Positions 1 to 9,567 of a stretch of DNA of 64,000 nucleotides are shown one piece after another. The notes beneath the pieces were generated by a model. It saw only the letters and a program-made list of their open reading frames with translations. It made no database searches and had not been told where the DNA came from. This stretch comes from an uncultured Bacteroidota bacterium (GTDB lineage: Bacteria; Bacteroidota; Bacteroidia; Bacteroidales; WCHB1-69): NCBI GenBank assembly GCA_902774205.1, contig CACYHL010000001.1, positions 20,022-84,021 on the forward strand, given 5' to 3'. Positions within the stretch are counted from its first letter, which is position 1. Each line of letters begins with the position of its first letter. Both the position numbers and the translations under genes were made by a program.

Positions 1-197
1 TCAATGGCTGCTGTCTGTGCAAACGACTCTATCACAATAAGTTGGTCACTATCAAAATAGAGTTTCCCGTTAACGCTGACATTGAAAACCTGCTTTGAAG
101 TATCGGTCATAGTGACAGTGACAATAGTCTGCGCCTCCGTTTTTACAGAAAACAGGAGCATCAGCCCTACAATAAAAAAATTCAAGATTTTCTTCAT
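1..197 (-). CDS. partial CDS (5' end only, continues off the left edge): small secreted protein with signal peptide
   Basis: ATG at 197 on the minus strand. The translation MKKILNFFIVGLMLLFSVKTEAQTIVTVTM... stays open to position 1. A hydrophobic h-region is followed by an A-Q cleavage-like site. It is absent from the ORF track because it runs off the window. Confidence 0.4.
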   Translation of the reverse strand, partial: MKKILNFFIVGLMLLFSVKTEAQTIVTVTMTDTSKQVFNVSVNGKLYFDSDQLIVIESFAQTAAI

Positions 198-285
198 AAA
201 GTTAGTAGTATTAATGGGTTTTAAGAATCTTCAATAAAACGTACAAAAGTAACGATTATTTTTCGTAAACACCATAAAAATATTG

Positions 286-293
286 TATTTTTG
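286..293 (+). promoter_or_regulatory. Bacteroides-type -7 box TATTTTTG
   Basis: Matches the TAnnTTTG consensus 14 nt upstream of the ATG at 307. It lies inside the TTG-initiated ORF-track extension. Confidence 0.55.
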
Positions 294-306
294 CAAAAAA
301 AAGAAT

Positions 307-1305
307 ATGAATCCTGTGGTATTATCAAGAATAAAACTGATTATCAGAATCCTTTTAGGCGGGCTTTTTATTTTTACAGCTATTCTTAAATTAATATCAA
401 TCAACAACTTCGAAATCTACATTTACAGTTTCAACTTTTTCAGCTTGGCGTTCTCGGCATTGGTTGCGCGCGCCGTTATAGCTGCGGAGTTCATTCTCGG
501 CGCCCTACTCATCGCAAAGATTTTCTACAAGCAAGCGTGGTGGCTCACGATGGCCATGTTATTGAGTTTCACGCTGTTACTAATATACACAGCCATTTTC
601 CGCGATGACTCTAACTGCCACTGTTTCGGTGAACTTATCGAGCTCGACCCGTTTGTGTCAATTTTCAAAAACCTCATCACTGCCGCTTTGATGCTGCTTG
701 TAATGAAAGAAAATGACTACGGTTTTCGCGGCTGGAAAATCGTTCTCGGTGTGATACTCGCCTGCGGCATCATCGTGCCGTTCTGTGTTATCCCGCCGGA
801 TTATGTTTACACCAAGATTTTCAAAGACGACACGCCGACTCTCAACGAACCGCTTTTTGAAAAATCGCTGCAAGACTCCGCACTGATGCTTACACTTCAA
901 GATGTGAGGCGGCTTCCCGAAACCGATTCGGTGGTCTTCTCGAAAGAGACACTGCCCCTCAACATATCGGACGACAAATATATCATCGCTGTTCTGTCTG
1001 CAAACTGCCCGCACTGCAAACTCAGTATGGAAAAGACAAATATCATTTTCAAAAACAACGAAATCCTCCCAAGCCATCTCAAAATCCTGATGTGGGGCAA
1101 CGAATCGTCTGTATCCAAGTTTTTAAGAGAAACCGGCAGCGACCAATTTGAGACACGCCTCATACACCCGATATTGGCAATAGACTTGGTGGACGGCGCA
1201 TTCCCGACATTCCTGCTCATTGACCATGGGGACGTCTCCGCCGTATGCAACTCACGCGAACTCACGGAGAAAAAAATCATTGAATTTCTCAGTATAGAAA
1301 AATAG
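307..1305 (+). CDS. MauE/DoxX-like membrane protein fused to a thioredoxin-like domain
   Basis: The ORF-track start at 283 is a TTG overlapping the promoter box; the first ATG is 307 (MNPVVLSRIK...). The N-terminal half has several hydrophobic helices. The C-terminal half carries a CPHC redox motif (SANCPHCK). Confidence 0.55.
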   Translation: MNPVVLSRIKLIIRILLGGLFIFTAILKLISINNFEIYIYSFNFFSLAFSALVARAVIAAEFILGALLIAKIFYKQAWWLTMAMLLSFTLLLIYTAIFRDDSNCHCFGELIELDPFVSIFKNLITAALMLLVMKENDYGFRGWKIVLGVILACGIIVPFCVIPPDYVYTKIFKDDTPTLNEPLFEKSLQDSALMLTLQDVRRLPETDSVVFSKETLPLNISDDKYIIAVLSANCPHCKLSMEKTNIIFKNNEILPSHLKILMWGNESSVSKFLRETGSDQFETRLIHPILAIDLVDGAFPTFLLIDHGDVSAVCNSRELTEKKIIEFLSIEK

Positions 1306-1341
1306 AACATCTTGAAAATCAATTAAATAAATAGAAATTTT

Positions 1342-2574
1342 ATGGAAATCTTATCAAACAGAGTTTTAAACATGGCTGAATCCGAAACGTTAGCCATGAC
1401 AAGAATCGCGCGTGAACTTCGCGAAGCGGGAAAAGACGTCATAAGCCTCAGCATTGGCGAGCCGGATTTCAACACTCCGAACGCGGTGAAAGAGTTCGCG
1501 AAACAGGCCATTGACGAAAACTGGACACACTATCCGCCAGTACCCGGCTATCCAGAACTGCGCAAAGCAATCAGCATGAAGTTCAAACGCGACAACAACC
1601 TCGACTACGCACCAGAACAGATTATCGTTTCAACCGGAGCAAAACAGTCTATTTTCCAAGTGGTTATGACGTTAGTGAATCCGGGCGACGAGGTGATAAT
1701 CCCCACACCGTTCTGGGTTTCGTACAAAGAGATTGTGAGGGTTGCCGAAGGAAAATGTGTCTATATCCCCACAAAAATCGAAAACGACTTCAAAGTAACG
1801 CCAGAGCAGCTCCGCGCGGCAATCACGCCAAAAACGAAGATGATAATGTTCAGCAGCCCGTCTAACCCGACAGGAATGCTATACACGAAAGAGGAATTGC
1901 GCGCTATCGCCGAAGTTGTGAAGGAGTATCCGAACATCATCATCATGGCAGATGAGATTTACGAGCACATCAATTTCAAGGGAAAACACGAAAGCATCGC
2001 ACAGTTCGACTTCATCAAAGAGCAGGTTGTGACGGTGAACGGTGTGGCAAAGGGTTTCGCAATGACCGGCTGGCGAATCGGGTTCATCGGTGCACCGAAG
2101 TTCATCGCCGCGGCGTGCAACAAAATGCAGGGGCAGGTCACATCAGCGACATGTTCAATAGCACAGCGTGCCACAATCAAGGCGATGGAGATGGACCCCG
2201 CAACATCAGAAGACATCATCAACATGAGGAATACGTTCCTGAAACGCAGAGACATGGTTTACAAACTGTTGCAGGAAATTCCAGGATTCAAGGTCAGACT
2301 GCCGCAGGGTGCGTTCTACTTCTTTCCGGAAGTGTCATCGCTATACGGTAAAAATGTCCCCGCAGACAGCGAGTTCGCGAAAATCTACAAAAAGACAAAA
2401 ATCGAAAACTCGTCAGACCTCTGCTTCTATTTCCTTTACGACTACAATGTTGCGCTTGTTCAGGGCATTGCCTTCGGAGACGACAACTGCGTAAGATTAT
2501 CATACGCTACTTCGGAGGACAAGCTCATCGAAGCCGCAAAGCGCATGAAAGCGGCGGTGGAGGCGTTGAGATAA
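1342..2574 (+). CDS. aspC: class-I PLP-dependent (aspartate-type) aminotransferase
   Basis: 410 aa. Motifs SSPSNPTG and the PLP-lysine context VNGVAKGFAMTGWRIG; overall AspC/AspB-like layout. Confidence 0.8.
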   Translation: MEILSNRVLNMAESETLAMTRIARELREAGKDVISLSIGEPDFNTPNAVKEFAKQAIDENWTHYPPVPGYPELRKAISMKFKRDNNLDYAPEQIIVSTGAKQSIFQVVMTLVNPGDEVIIPTPFWVSYKEIVRVAEGKCVYIPTKIENDFKVTPEQLRAAITPKTKMIMFSSPSNPTGMLYTKEELRAIAEVVKEYPNIIIMADEIYEHINFKGKHESIAQFDFIKEQVVTVNGVAKGFAMTGWRIGFIGAPKFIAAACNKMQGQVTSATCSIAQRATIKAMEMDPATSEDIINMRNTFLKRRDMVYKLLQEIPGFKVRLPQGAFYFFPEVSSLYGKNVPADSEFAKIYKKTKIENSSDLCFYFLYDYNVALVQGIAFGDDNCVRLSYATSEDKLIEAAKRMKAAVEALR

Positions 2575-2614
2575 TTTTCAGGAAAATTTCATTTTCCAAT
2601 AACAATTAAAAAAC

Positions 2615-2643
2615 GTAGGGCTGTCACAATGTGACAGCCCTAC
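2615..2643. terminator. perfect 13-bp hairpin downstream of the aminotransferase gene
   Basis: GTAGGGCTGTCAC-AAT-GTGACAGCCCTAC. An A-run lies 5' and only a weak T-run 3', so it is a terminator-like stem without a classical U-tract on the plus strand. Confidence 0.45.
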
Positions 2644-2745
2644 AAATTATTATAACAATTCCCCGAAAACCGTATGGCTGCGCCATTGACACAGCCATAT
2701 AATGTTTATTTTTACAGAAAAAAAAGGATTAATCTGATATTTTTG

Positions 2746-2753
2746 TATTTTTG
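2746..2753 (+). promoter_or_regulatory. -7 box TATTTTTG
   Basis: TAnnTTTG 18 nt upstream of the ATG at 2771. Confidence 0.5.
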
Positions 2754-2770
2754 CGCAAATTTGAATTAAC

Positions 2771-4972
2771 ATGAAAAGAACATTACTCCTTATCCTTTCT
2801 ATTTTTTCAGTATCTTTTTCAATTGCCCAACCTCAAATGATGACCTATCAGGCGGTAGTGCGCAATTCCAACAACGAATTAGTTATAAATCAGCAAATTG
2901 GCATTCAAATATCCATTTTAGAAGATAACGCCAATGGTCCTATAGCGTATGCAGAAAGGCACACAGCACAAACAAACGCAAACGCTTTGTTCAGTATTAA
3001 TATCGGCTCAGGAACACCATTGCTAATAAACAATATGGCAGACATCAAATGGGGTAAGCACAATCATTTTATGCGGGTACAAATTGACCCTACTGGCGGC
3101 ACAAATTATACAATAACAGGCACACAGCAACTGCTTTCAGTTCCATATTCGTTATACTCAGACAAGAGCAAATATGTTGACACCGCATTGTATGCAAAGA
3201 ATGCAACAACTGCAAATTACAGCACATACTCAGACTCAACACTATATAGTTATTCTGCCATCTATTCAACATACACCGATTCATCATGGTTTTCCATCTA
3301 TGCAATCAATGCAATTCATGTTGATACGGCACATTACACATATAATGCCGCACATTCAGACACAGCCAACTACTCAGCAATTGCCAATGCTGCAAATAGC
3401 GCATTCAATGCGACATACTCTGATACATCTTTATTTGCAACAAACTCTAATCATTCCATTTATGCTGACACCGCATTATACCTGATAAACGCACAAACTT
3501 CAGACACTGCAAAATTTGCATATCATTCAGATACAGCCAATTACTCAACAATTGCTAACTCTGCAAATAACGCATTCAATGCGACATACTCTGACACATC
3601 TTTATTTGCGACAAACTCCAATCACTCCATTTATGCTGACACTGCATTATACCTGATAAATGCACAAACTTCAGACACTGCAAAATATGCATATCATTCA
3701 GATACAGCCAATTATGCCCACAATGCTAACTCTGCTACAATTGCAAATACAGCCACAAATGCGCTAACCGCAAATCATGCTGACACTTCACTATACACTG
3801 CAAATTCACATCATGCTATATTAGCTGACACCGCAACCATAGCTGACTACAACAAACTTCTGAACAAACCCGCAGGCACCAATCGCGGTGATATTCTATA
3901 TTGGGAAACAACCGACTCTTCATGGCACATCGTTCCAGCTGGAAATGCAGGGGAAATACTCATTATGGATACAAACAAAATTCCTTACTGGCATTCAAAC
4001 ATTATCTCTTTGCCCAACGTAATAACAGATTCTGTTATAAACGTAACTAAAACAACAGCAACTGTCATTAGCACCATCACGGGTGACGGCGGCGCAGCTT
4101 TAGTATTCGGCGGGATATGTTGGGACACCATTTCTCATCCTACTATTCTTAACAATCACACTTTGAACGGAATTGGCATTAATTCTTTTACGAGCAATTT
4201 ACAAGAATTAATTCAAGGTATGACGTACTATGTGAGGGCATACGCTTCTAATAATGCAGGGATTGTCTATGGTAATGAAATATCATTTACAACCACTGAT
4301 GCATGTGCAGGTGTGACAACCGTGAAAGATTATGATGACAATACGTATCACACTCTTGCTCTTGGCAAACAATGCTGGATGAAAGAAAATATGAGAACAA
4401 CACACTATGCTCAGGGTGCCGACATCCCATTAGGAAATGGAACCAGTTCTACAACCGCATATAGGTATTATCCTAATGGTAACAGTAGTAATGTAAGCAC
4501 ATACGGGTACTTGTATAATTGGCCTGCGGCAATGCATGGAGCTTCATCTTCTGGTTCAAATCCAAGTGGAGTACAAGGAATTTGCCCTAACGGCTGGCAT
4601 GTGCCGAGTGACGCCGAATGGATACAATTAGAAAATTACTTGGGAACACAAAACCATTATATATGTGGAGGGACAAATACAAGTGTTGCCAAATCTTTAG
4701 CCTCCACTACTGGGTGGAACTATCATAGTAACACATGTGCTGTCGGAAACGATCAAACTGATAATAATTCAACCGGCTTTAATGCGTTGCCAGGCGGATA
4801 TTATAATGGTCCTTATGTTGAATTTGGGAATTGTGCCTATTTTTGGAGCACAACAGAATTAAGTAATACCAACGTTTTCAGCAGATATTTGTCCTATGGA
4901 GCAGCTTCTATTATAAAAGGTTATTATGATCCAAAATTACTTGCCATACCCGTCCGCTGCTTAAAAGACTAA
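2771..4972 (+). CDS. secreted repeat-rich surface protein with C-terminal FISUMP (Fibrobacter succinogenes major paralogous) domain
   Basis: Signal peptide MKRTLLLILSIFSVSFSIAQ. A ~300-aa S/T/A/N/Y-rich region shows SDTAxY periodicity and contains 57-aa tandem repeats. A tail-fibre-like ADYNKLLNKP linker follows. C-terminal blocks: YHTLALGKQCWMKENM, YGYLYNW, CPNGWHVPSDAEW, GFNALPGGY, AYFWS. Confidence 0.75.
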   Translation: MKRTLLLILSIFSVSFSIAQPQMMTYQAVVRNSNNELVINQQIGIQISILEDNANGPIAYAERHTAQTNANALFSINIGSGTPLLINNMADIKWGKHNHFMRVQIDPTGGTNYTITGTQQLLSVPYSLYSDKSKYVDTALYAKNATTANYSTYSDSTLYSYSAIYSTYTDSSWFSIYAINAIHVDTAHYTYNAAHSDTANYSAIANAANSAFNATYSDTSLFATNSNHSIYADTALYLINAQTSDTAKFAYHSDTANYSTIANSANNAFNATYSDTSLFATNSNHSIYADTALYLINAQTSDTAKYAYHSDTANYAHNANSATIANTATNALTANHADTSLYTANSHHAILADTATIADYNKLLNKPAGTNRGDILYWETTDSSWHIVPAGNAGEILIMDTNKIPYWHSNIISLPNVITDSVINVTKTTATVISTITGDGGAALVFGGICWDTISHPTILNNHTLNGIGINSFTSNLQELIQGMTYYVRAYASNNAGIVYGNEISFTTTDACAGVTTVKDYDDNTYHTLALGKQCWMKENMRTTHYAQGADIPLGNGTSSTTAYRYYPNGNSSNVSTYGYLYNWPAAMHGASSSGSNPSGVQGICPNGWHVPSDAEWIQLENYLGTQNHYICGGTNTSVAKSLASTTGWNYHSNTCAVGNDQTDNNSTGFNALPGGYYNGPYVEFGNCAYFWSTTELSNTNVFSRYLSYGAASIIKGYYDPKLLAIPVRCLKD
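3353..3735 (+). repeat. in-frame 171-bp tandem repeat (2 full copies plus ~40 bp of a third)
   Basis: Copies start at 3353, 3524 and 3695 (cattcaga[ct]acagccaa...). Each encodes HSDTANYS.IAN.ANNAFNATYSDTSLFATNSNHSIYADTALYLINAQTSDTAK.AY. Only a few substitutions separate copies 1 and 2. Confidence 0.9.
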
Positions 4973-5733
4973 AACACCCACTTCAGCCCGACACACGGGT
5001 TGCATCTGAATCCGGCATTGGCAAAATTATATGATAATTCGACTTCGCCGCCGATGTTCAGATTGTCGCAGTGAAACCATTGTCCCACGCAATACCAAAG
5101 CTGCGGCTCAGACAATAGGACATATTTTGCCTCTGTAAGTTGTCCGTTTTTCCCTTCAAATTGAATGTTTTGCCACCAAAAATCGACAAAACCTGAAAAC
5201 TGTAATCCCTTCAACCTGAAAATATCCTTGCAAGTCCACACAAACGTTAACTGCATTGGCAAAATGGACTTCACATCGAAAATATATTTGTAAAGCACTT
5301 GGAAATTAAGAACATAGTTATAATCTTCCGTATGCCAGCAATAGTTCGCGCCACCCAAAAAGGCGTTATTAATCGGATAGCCGCAATTATCCAAAAGCGC
5401 ATTCTTGAAAATTCCGAGCCCTGCATCAAACTCCAAATGAAGGTTAAGTCCGCCCATCTTTGTATTCTGCCAGAAATTCAAGCAGCGGGCAAACTCCAAA
5501 TAAGCCCCACTCGGTGCCACCGCTAATTTCCTATCATTACGATAGTTATAGTCAATATCAACAAAAAAGAAAGTATTACCCCAGTTATCAGCTTTAAACA
5601 TCTCCAACGTGGTGGTAACATGTTTCCGCCCAAAATCATAAAAGCCCTGCAAATTAACCTGAGCTTCAGATGAAAAAGCGAAAAAAATCAAAAATAAAAC
5701 CGGAAAAAGTAACTTTTTATTCATATTCAACAT
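4969..5733 (-). CDS. outer-membrane beta-barrel protein (DUF5020/Tsx-like)
   Basis: Signal peptide, alternating beta-rich sequence and an aromatic C-terminus (GLKWVF). The block NLQGFYDFGRKHVTTTLEMFKADNWGNTFFFVDIDY resembles the Bacteroidetes DUF5020 family from memory. Confidence 0.5.
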   Translation of the reverse strand: MLNMNKKLLFPVLFLIFFAFSSEAQVNLQGFYDFGRKHVTTTLEMFKADNWGNTFFFVDIDYNYRNDRKLAVAPSGAYLEFARCLNFWQNTKMGGLNLHLEFDAGLGIFKNALLDNCGYPINNAFLGGANYCWHTEDYNYVLNFQVLYKYIFDVKSILPMQLTFVWTCKDIFRLKGLQFSGFVDFWWQNIQFEGKNGQLTEAKYVLLSEPQLWYCVGQWFHCDNLNIGGEVELSYNFANAGFRCNPCVGLKWVF

Positions 5734-5743
5734 AAATTTTCGT

Positions 5744-6316
5744 TTAACTTATCATATTTTTCTCAACTATTTCACAAATAATATGCCCCATAAGGATATG
5801 GCACTCCTGAATTCTCGGCGTGTCTTCGGAAGGCACTGCAAGCAAGACATCAGACAAAGGCTTCAATTTGCCCCCGACCGCACCTGTCATCGCCACAGTT
5901 TTAACCCCCATTTCACGAGCCGCCTCGAAAGCGTTAACCACATTTTTCGAATTCCCGGAAGTGGAAAGCCCTACAAGCACATCGCCTTTTTTTGCGGACG
6001 CCCGCAACAGCCGCGAATAAACAGCCTCAAAACCGTAATCGTTCGCCACGGCAGTAAGGTAAGAGGTATTACAATGCAACGCCTCGGCATCAAAAGGAGG
6101 ACGATCGGCATAGAAACGCCCCGACAGCTCGGAAGCGATATGCTGGGCATCAGCCGCACTCCCACCGTTACCACAGAAAAAAACCTTATTACCTGAACGC
6201 AACGCCGATGTAATCATATCTACAACAGTCTCAACCCCTCCTATTAAATTCTCATCACAAAGAATCAACTTTTTTATCTCAATACTCTTATTTACAATTT
6301 GTTGTATATAATTCAT
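5744..6316 (-). CDS. gmhA: D-sedoheptulose-7-phosphate isomerase (SIS domain)
   Basis: Motifs FFCGNGGSAADAQH and GLSTSGNS. A minus-strand TAATTTTG box at 6344-6351 lies inside the longer ORF (to 6364), so the start is taken as the ATG at 6316 (MNYIQQIV...). Confidence 0.8.
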   Translation of the reverse strand: MNYIQQIVNKSIEIKKLILCDENLIGGVETVVDMITSALRSGNKVFFCGNGGSAADAQHIASELSGRFYADRPPFDAEALHCNTSYLTAVANDYGFEAVYSRLLRASAKKGDVLVGLSTSGNSKNVVNAFEAAREMGVKTVAMTGAVGGKLKPLSDVLLAVPSEDTPRIQECHILMGHIICEIVEKNMIS

Positions 6317-6343
6317 CTTAAAAATCAAATTGTTTAGCGACTG

Positions 6344-6351
6344 CAAAATTA
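6344..6351 (-). promoter_or_regulatory. -7 box TAATTTTG for gmhA
   Basis: The reverse complement of caaaatta gives TAATTTTG, 28 nt upstream of the ATG at 6316. Confidence 0.5.
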
Positions 6352-6512
6352 CATAAATAATCAAATAAAAATCATTATCTTTGCCTATGTTAAAAGTTTT
6401 TTTAATGAATTAAAACATAAAACACGTAATTTTGTATTAACAAACTTTCACTACACACCACCAAACAAAGTCAAAATAATTTTCATTTGTAATTCAAACT
6501 CTATCAAAGACA

Positions 6513-7586
6513 ATGTTAATAAAAAGAATCCTAACAACATTAATTATCGCTGCAACACTCACAGCTGTAGGGCAAAGCACAAAAAAAGTGTTGTTCATTG
6601 GCAACAGCTACACTTACGTCAACGATCTTCCCGGCACACTCCGCACCCTTGCTCTCGGCTGCGGCGACACCCTAAACTATGAGCAAAGCACACCTGGCGG
6701 CAGCACTTTTCAGAGCCATCTGTCGAACAACAACACCACTTCGCTAATTTCGCAAGGCGGCTGGGACCAAATTGTGCTTCAGGAGCAAAGCCAGCTGCCA
6801 GCTTTCCCAATCTCTGACGTGCAGAACCTCTGTTTCCCGTATGCCCAACAACTGTGTAACCTCATACGCATCAATAACCCAAACTCTGAAATAGTTTTTT
6901 ACATGACATGGGGCAGAAAAAACGGAGACGCAAGCAACTGCGCAAATTATGCTCCACTATGCACTTACGAAGGAATGGACAGCCTGATTTACGAGCGCTA
7001 TATGATAATGGCCGAAACGAACCAAGCCGCCGTCTCACCAGTTGGCAGAGTTTGGCATGCGCTTCGCGAGAACCACCCTGAAATAGAGCTATACAGTTCT
7101 GACGAGAGCCACCCATCGATAGCTGGCACTTACGCCGCCGCAGTGACTTTTTACACCATATTATTCAGAAAATCACCAAGTTGCATCACAAACAACCTGA
7201 CTTTGAACGCAGCGACAGCGCAAAGCATCCGCGAAACTGTAGAGGAAATTGTCTTCGACCAACTTGACTTTTGGTATCACTACTCCCCATTCCCGCCTGA
7301 ACAACATGATGCTATACAGTCCACCCGCCCCACAGCGCAACTTCGAGTCTATCCTACCCCTGCAAGAGGTATGCTACACATTGAGCTGCCAACTGACAAC
7401 GACAGCCACATCATCACAATACACAATGCCATAGGAAAGCAGGTATACCGCAGCCAAACAAGCGTAAAAGGCGAAATAGCCATACCTGTATCAAAATTAC
7501 CATCAGGAATTTACATCATAGAATGCAAAACTGAAAACTCCAACACAAAAGTTATTTCACATCGGGCAAAGGTAGTGGTCGAGTGA
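6513..7586 (+). CDS. secreted SGNH/GDSL-like hydrolase (DUF4886-like) with T9SS C-terminal sorting domain
   Basis: Signal peptide, VLFIGNSYTY (block I-like) and DESHPS (block V-like). The last ~80 aa (LRVYPTPARGMLHIEL...LPSGIYIIECKT...KVVV) match the T9SS type-A CTD pattern. Confidence 0.65.
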   Translation: MLIKRILTTLIIAATLTAVGQSTKKVLFIGNSYTYVNDLPGTLRTLALGCGDTLNYEQSTPGGSTFQSHLSNNNTTSLISQGGWDQIVLQEQSQLPAFPISDVQNLCFPYAQQLCNLIRINNPNSEIVFYMTWGRKNGDASNCANYAPLCTYEGMDSLIYERYMIMAETNQAAVSPVGRVWHALRENHPEIELYSSDESHPSIAGTYAAAVTFYTILFRKSPSCITNNLTLNAATAQSIRETVEEIVFDQLDFWYHYSPFPPEQHDAIQSTRPTAQLRVYPTPARGMLHIELPTDNDSHIITIHNAIGKQVYRSQTSVKGEIAIPVSKLPSGIYIIECKTENSNTKVISHRAKVVVE

Positions 7587-7628
7587 ATCGAAAACAGAAA
7601 AAATCAGCCATTAATAAAATAAAATCAT

Positions 7629-7636
7629 TATCTTTG
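7629..7636 (+). promoter_or_regulatory. -7 box TATCTTTG heading the glycan region
   Basis: TAnnTTTG 21 nt upstream of the ATG at 7657. Confidence 0.5.
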
Positions 7637-7656
7637 CAGTCGTTAAAAAGTTTTGA

Positions 7657-8769
7657 ATGCATACCGAGAAAACAATAACAGTTACAGAACCCCTGCTTCC
7701 CGACCTTGAGGAGTTCATACCATATTTGAAAAAAATCTGGGAGAGCAAGTGGATCACCAATAACGGACAGTTCCACAGGCAGTTAGAAGATGCGTTGGCG
7801 GAATATTTGGGTATTGAATACATATCTGTCTTCACAAATGGGACACTTCCGTTAATCACGGCATTACAGGCTTTGAACATCACAGGCGAAGTAATAACGA
7901 CCCCTTACAGTTTTGTCGCCACCACCCATGCGTTATGGTGGAATGGCATAAAGCCTGTTTTTGTTGACATTGATCCGACCACTTGCAACCTCGACCCCGA
8001 CAAGATTGAGGCGGCAATCACCGAAAAGACCACAGCAATCATGCCGGTACACTGTTACGGGATGCCTTGCGACACGGAGCGGATACAAGCAATAGCCGAC
8101 AAGTACGGGCTAAAGGTCATATATGACGCGGCACACACTTTCGGAGTACGGATAAATGGCGAAAGCATATTGAAAGCCGGAGACATGTCAACCTTGAGTT
8201 TTCATGCCACAAAGGTCTTCAACACGGTGGAAGGCGGCGCACTCGTCTGCCACGATGCGGAGACCAAGAAACAGATCGACTTCCTGAAGAACTTCGGCTT
8301 CAACGGGGAGACATGTGTTGTTGCGCCCGGAATCAACAGCAAGATGGACGAAATCAGGGCGGCATACGGGCTGTTGAACCTCAAGCAGGTGGACAAGGCC
8401 ATTGAAGCGCGGCACAAGGCGGCTGACTATTACAGGGCGGCGCTGCGTGGAGTAAATGGCGTAAAAGTATTCGAGGACGTTCCCGGCGTGCGACACAACT
8501 ACTCATACTTCCCGATATTAATAAACGCTGAAGAATACGGGATGACCCGTGATGAGTTATATTTCAAGATGAGAGACGACAATGTTCTGGGGCGCAGGTA
8601 CTTCTACCCGCTCATCAGCACATTCGACACATATAAAGGATTGGAATCATCCAATCCCGCCAACTTGCCTGTCGCCACACGCATCGCAGACGAGGTAATC
8701 TGCCTGCCGATGTACTACGGTTTGACAGAAGGTGATATGGAAAGGGTTTTGAGGTGTATTGTGAAATAA
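7657..8769 (+). CDS. DegT/DnrJ/EryC1/StrS-family sugar aminotransferase
   Basis: 370 aa. ITTPYSFVATTHAL and SFHATKVFNTVEGGA (PLP-lysine context) are typical of the family. Confidence 0.8.
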   Translation: MHTEKTITVTEPLLPDLEEFIPYLKKIWESKWITNNGQFHRQLEDALAEYLGIEYISVFTNGTLPLITALQALNITGEVITTPYSFVATTHALWWNGIKPVFVDIDPTTCNLDPDKIEAAITEKTTAIMPVHCYGMPCDTERIQAIADKYGLKVIYDAAHTFGVRINGESILKAGDMSTLSFHATKVFNTVEGGALVCHDAETKKQIDFLKNFGFNGETCVVAPGINSKMDEIRAAYGLLNLKQVDKAIEARHKAADYYRAALRGVNGVKVFEDVPGVRHNYSYFPILINAEEYGMTRDELYFKMRDDNVLGRRYFYPLISTFDTYKGLESSNPANLPVATRIADEVICLPMYYGLTEGDMERVLRCIVK

Positions 8770-8785
8770 AATAATCAAAAAGAAA

Positions 8786-9565
8786 ATGAATACTCAACAA
8801 CAAGAAATGCTGGATATACTGAAAGAGCTGAAAGAAGTGCATGGCGTTTATGCCATCAAAGCGGAATTTGAAGCGGAAGGCTCTCGCAAAGACGAACTGA
8901 TACAACTTCGAGAACTGGTGTTGAAGTCTGATTTGAATTTTGTGATAAAAATAGGTGGTTGCGAGGCAGTCCACGACTTGGATCAATGCAAATTGCTGGG
9001 GGCTACCGGCGTGATGGCTCCTATGATTGAAACGCCCTTTGCCATGACAAAATTCATTTCGGCCGCCAAACGCGTTTATGGCAATGACATGTCTGATATA
9101 GAATGGATTATCAATGCTGAGACTAAGACCTGTCTGGCCAATTATCCTGAAATCATCAATGTCGGCAAGGATTTCCTTAAAACCGTTACCGTCGGTCGCA
9201 GTGATTTGTCCGCTTCCATGGGCATCACCAAGAAAGACATTGAAACCCAACCTGTTTATGATGCAACACGCCAACTGCTCACGCTGTCGCGTGAAGCAGG
9301 CTTCACCACCAATTTCGGCGGGAATATCGGAATTGAAAGCATTCCGTTCATCATTAGGATGAGCGACATCGCCGCCCGTTTCGAGACACGAAAAGTGGTG
9401 ATTGGAATGAATACCGACGAAAATAAATTGAAAAAGGCTATCGCAAAAGCTTTGGAATTCGAATTGATGTATCTGCTCAACAAGAGTGCTTATTACGATA
9501 CGATGGCCAAGGAGGATGCTCAACGCATTGTCCGTATGCAAAACCAAATACAATCAGCAAAATAA
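8786..9565 (+). CDS. HpcH/HpaI/CitE-like aldolase-lyase family protein
   Basis: 259 aa with a TIM-barrel-like pattern. GVMAPMIETPFA resembles the PMVET-type block and VGRSDLSASMG the iGxxDLs block. The assignment is from memory of the family and was not searched. Confidence 0.45.
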   Translation: MNTQQQEMLDILKELKEVHGVYAIKAEFEAEGSRKDELIQLRELVLKSDLNFVIKIGGCEAVHDLDQCKLLGATGVMAPMIETPFAMTKFISAAKRVYGNDMSDIEWIINAETKTCLANYPEIINVGKDFLKTVTVGRSDLSASMGITKKDIETQPVYDATRQLLTLSREAGFTTNFGGNIGIESIPFIIRMSDIAARFETRKVVIGMNTDENKLKKAIAKALEFELMYLLNKSAYYDTMAKEDAQRIVRMQNQIQSAK

Positions 9566-9567
9566 CG

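Noticed and set aside
283-306. N-terminal extensions in the ORF track from TTG/GTG starts or upstream in-frame ATGs. Affected starts: 283, 10571, 19733, 28413, 37598, 41210, 43897, 54806, and the minus-strand starts 6364 and 58761.
   Set aside because: These extensions overlap TAnnTTTG promoter boxes or the preceding gene. A conventional ATG with a sensible N-terminus follows a few codons later, so the starts were moved accordingly. murF at 45919 was kept as GTG because no nearby ATG exists.
3174-3485. 103-aa alternative-frame ORF (and 3090-3305 minus) inside the repeat-rich surface-protein gene
   Set aside because: It is a by-product of low-complexity repetitive codons. The main frame has a signal peptide and a C-terminal FISUMP domain.
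3353-3735. Possible CRISPR array or non-coding satellite
   Set aside because: The units are 171 bp, contiguous without spacers, in frame and translated as part of a 733-aa protein. No CRISPR-like repeat-spacer structure or cas genes occur anywhere in the window.
8615-9553. 312-aa minus-strand ORF covering the HpcH-like aldolase gene
   Set aside because: It is antisense shadow of a plus-strand gene that has recognisable family blocks and sits in a tight plus-strand operon. The minus ORF has no motifs, promoter box or operon context.
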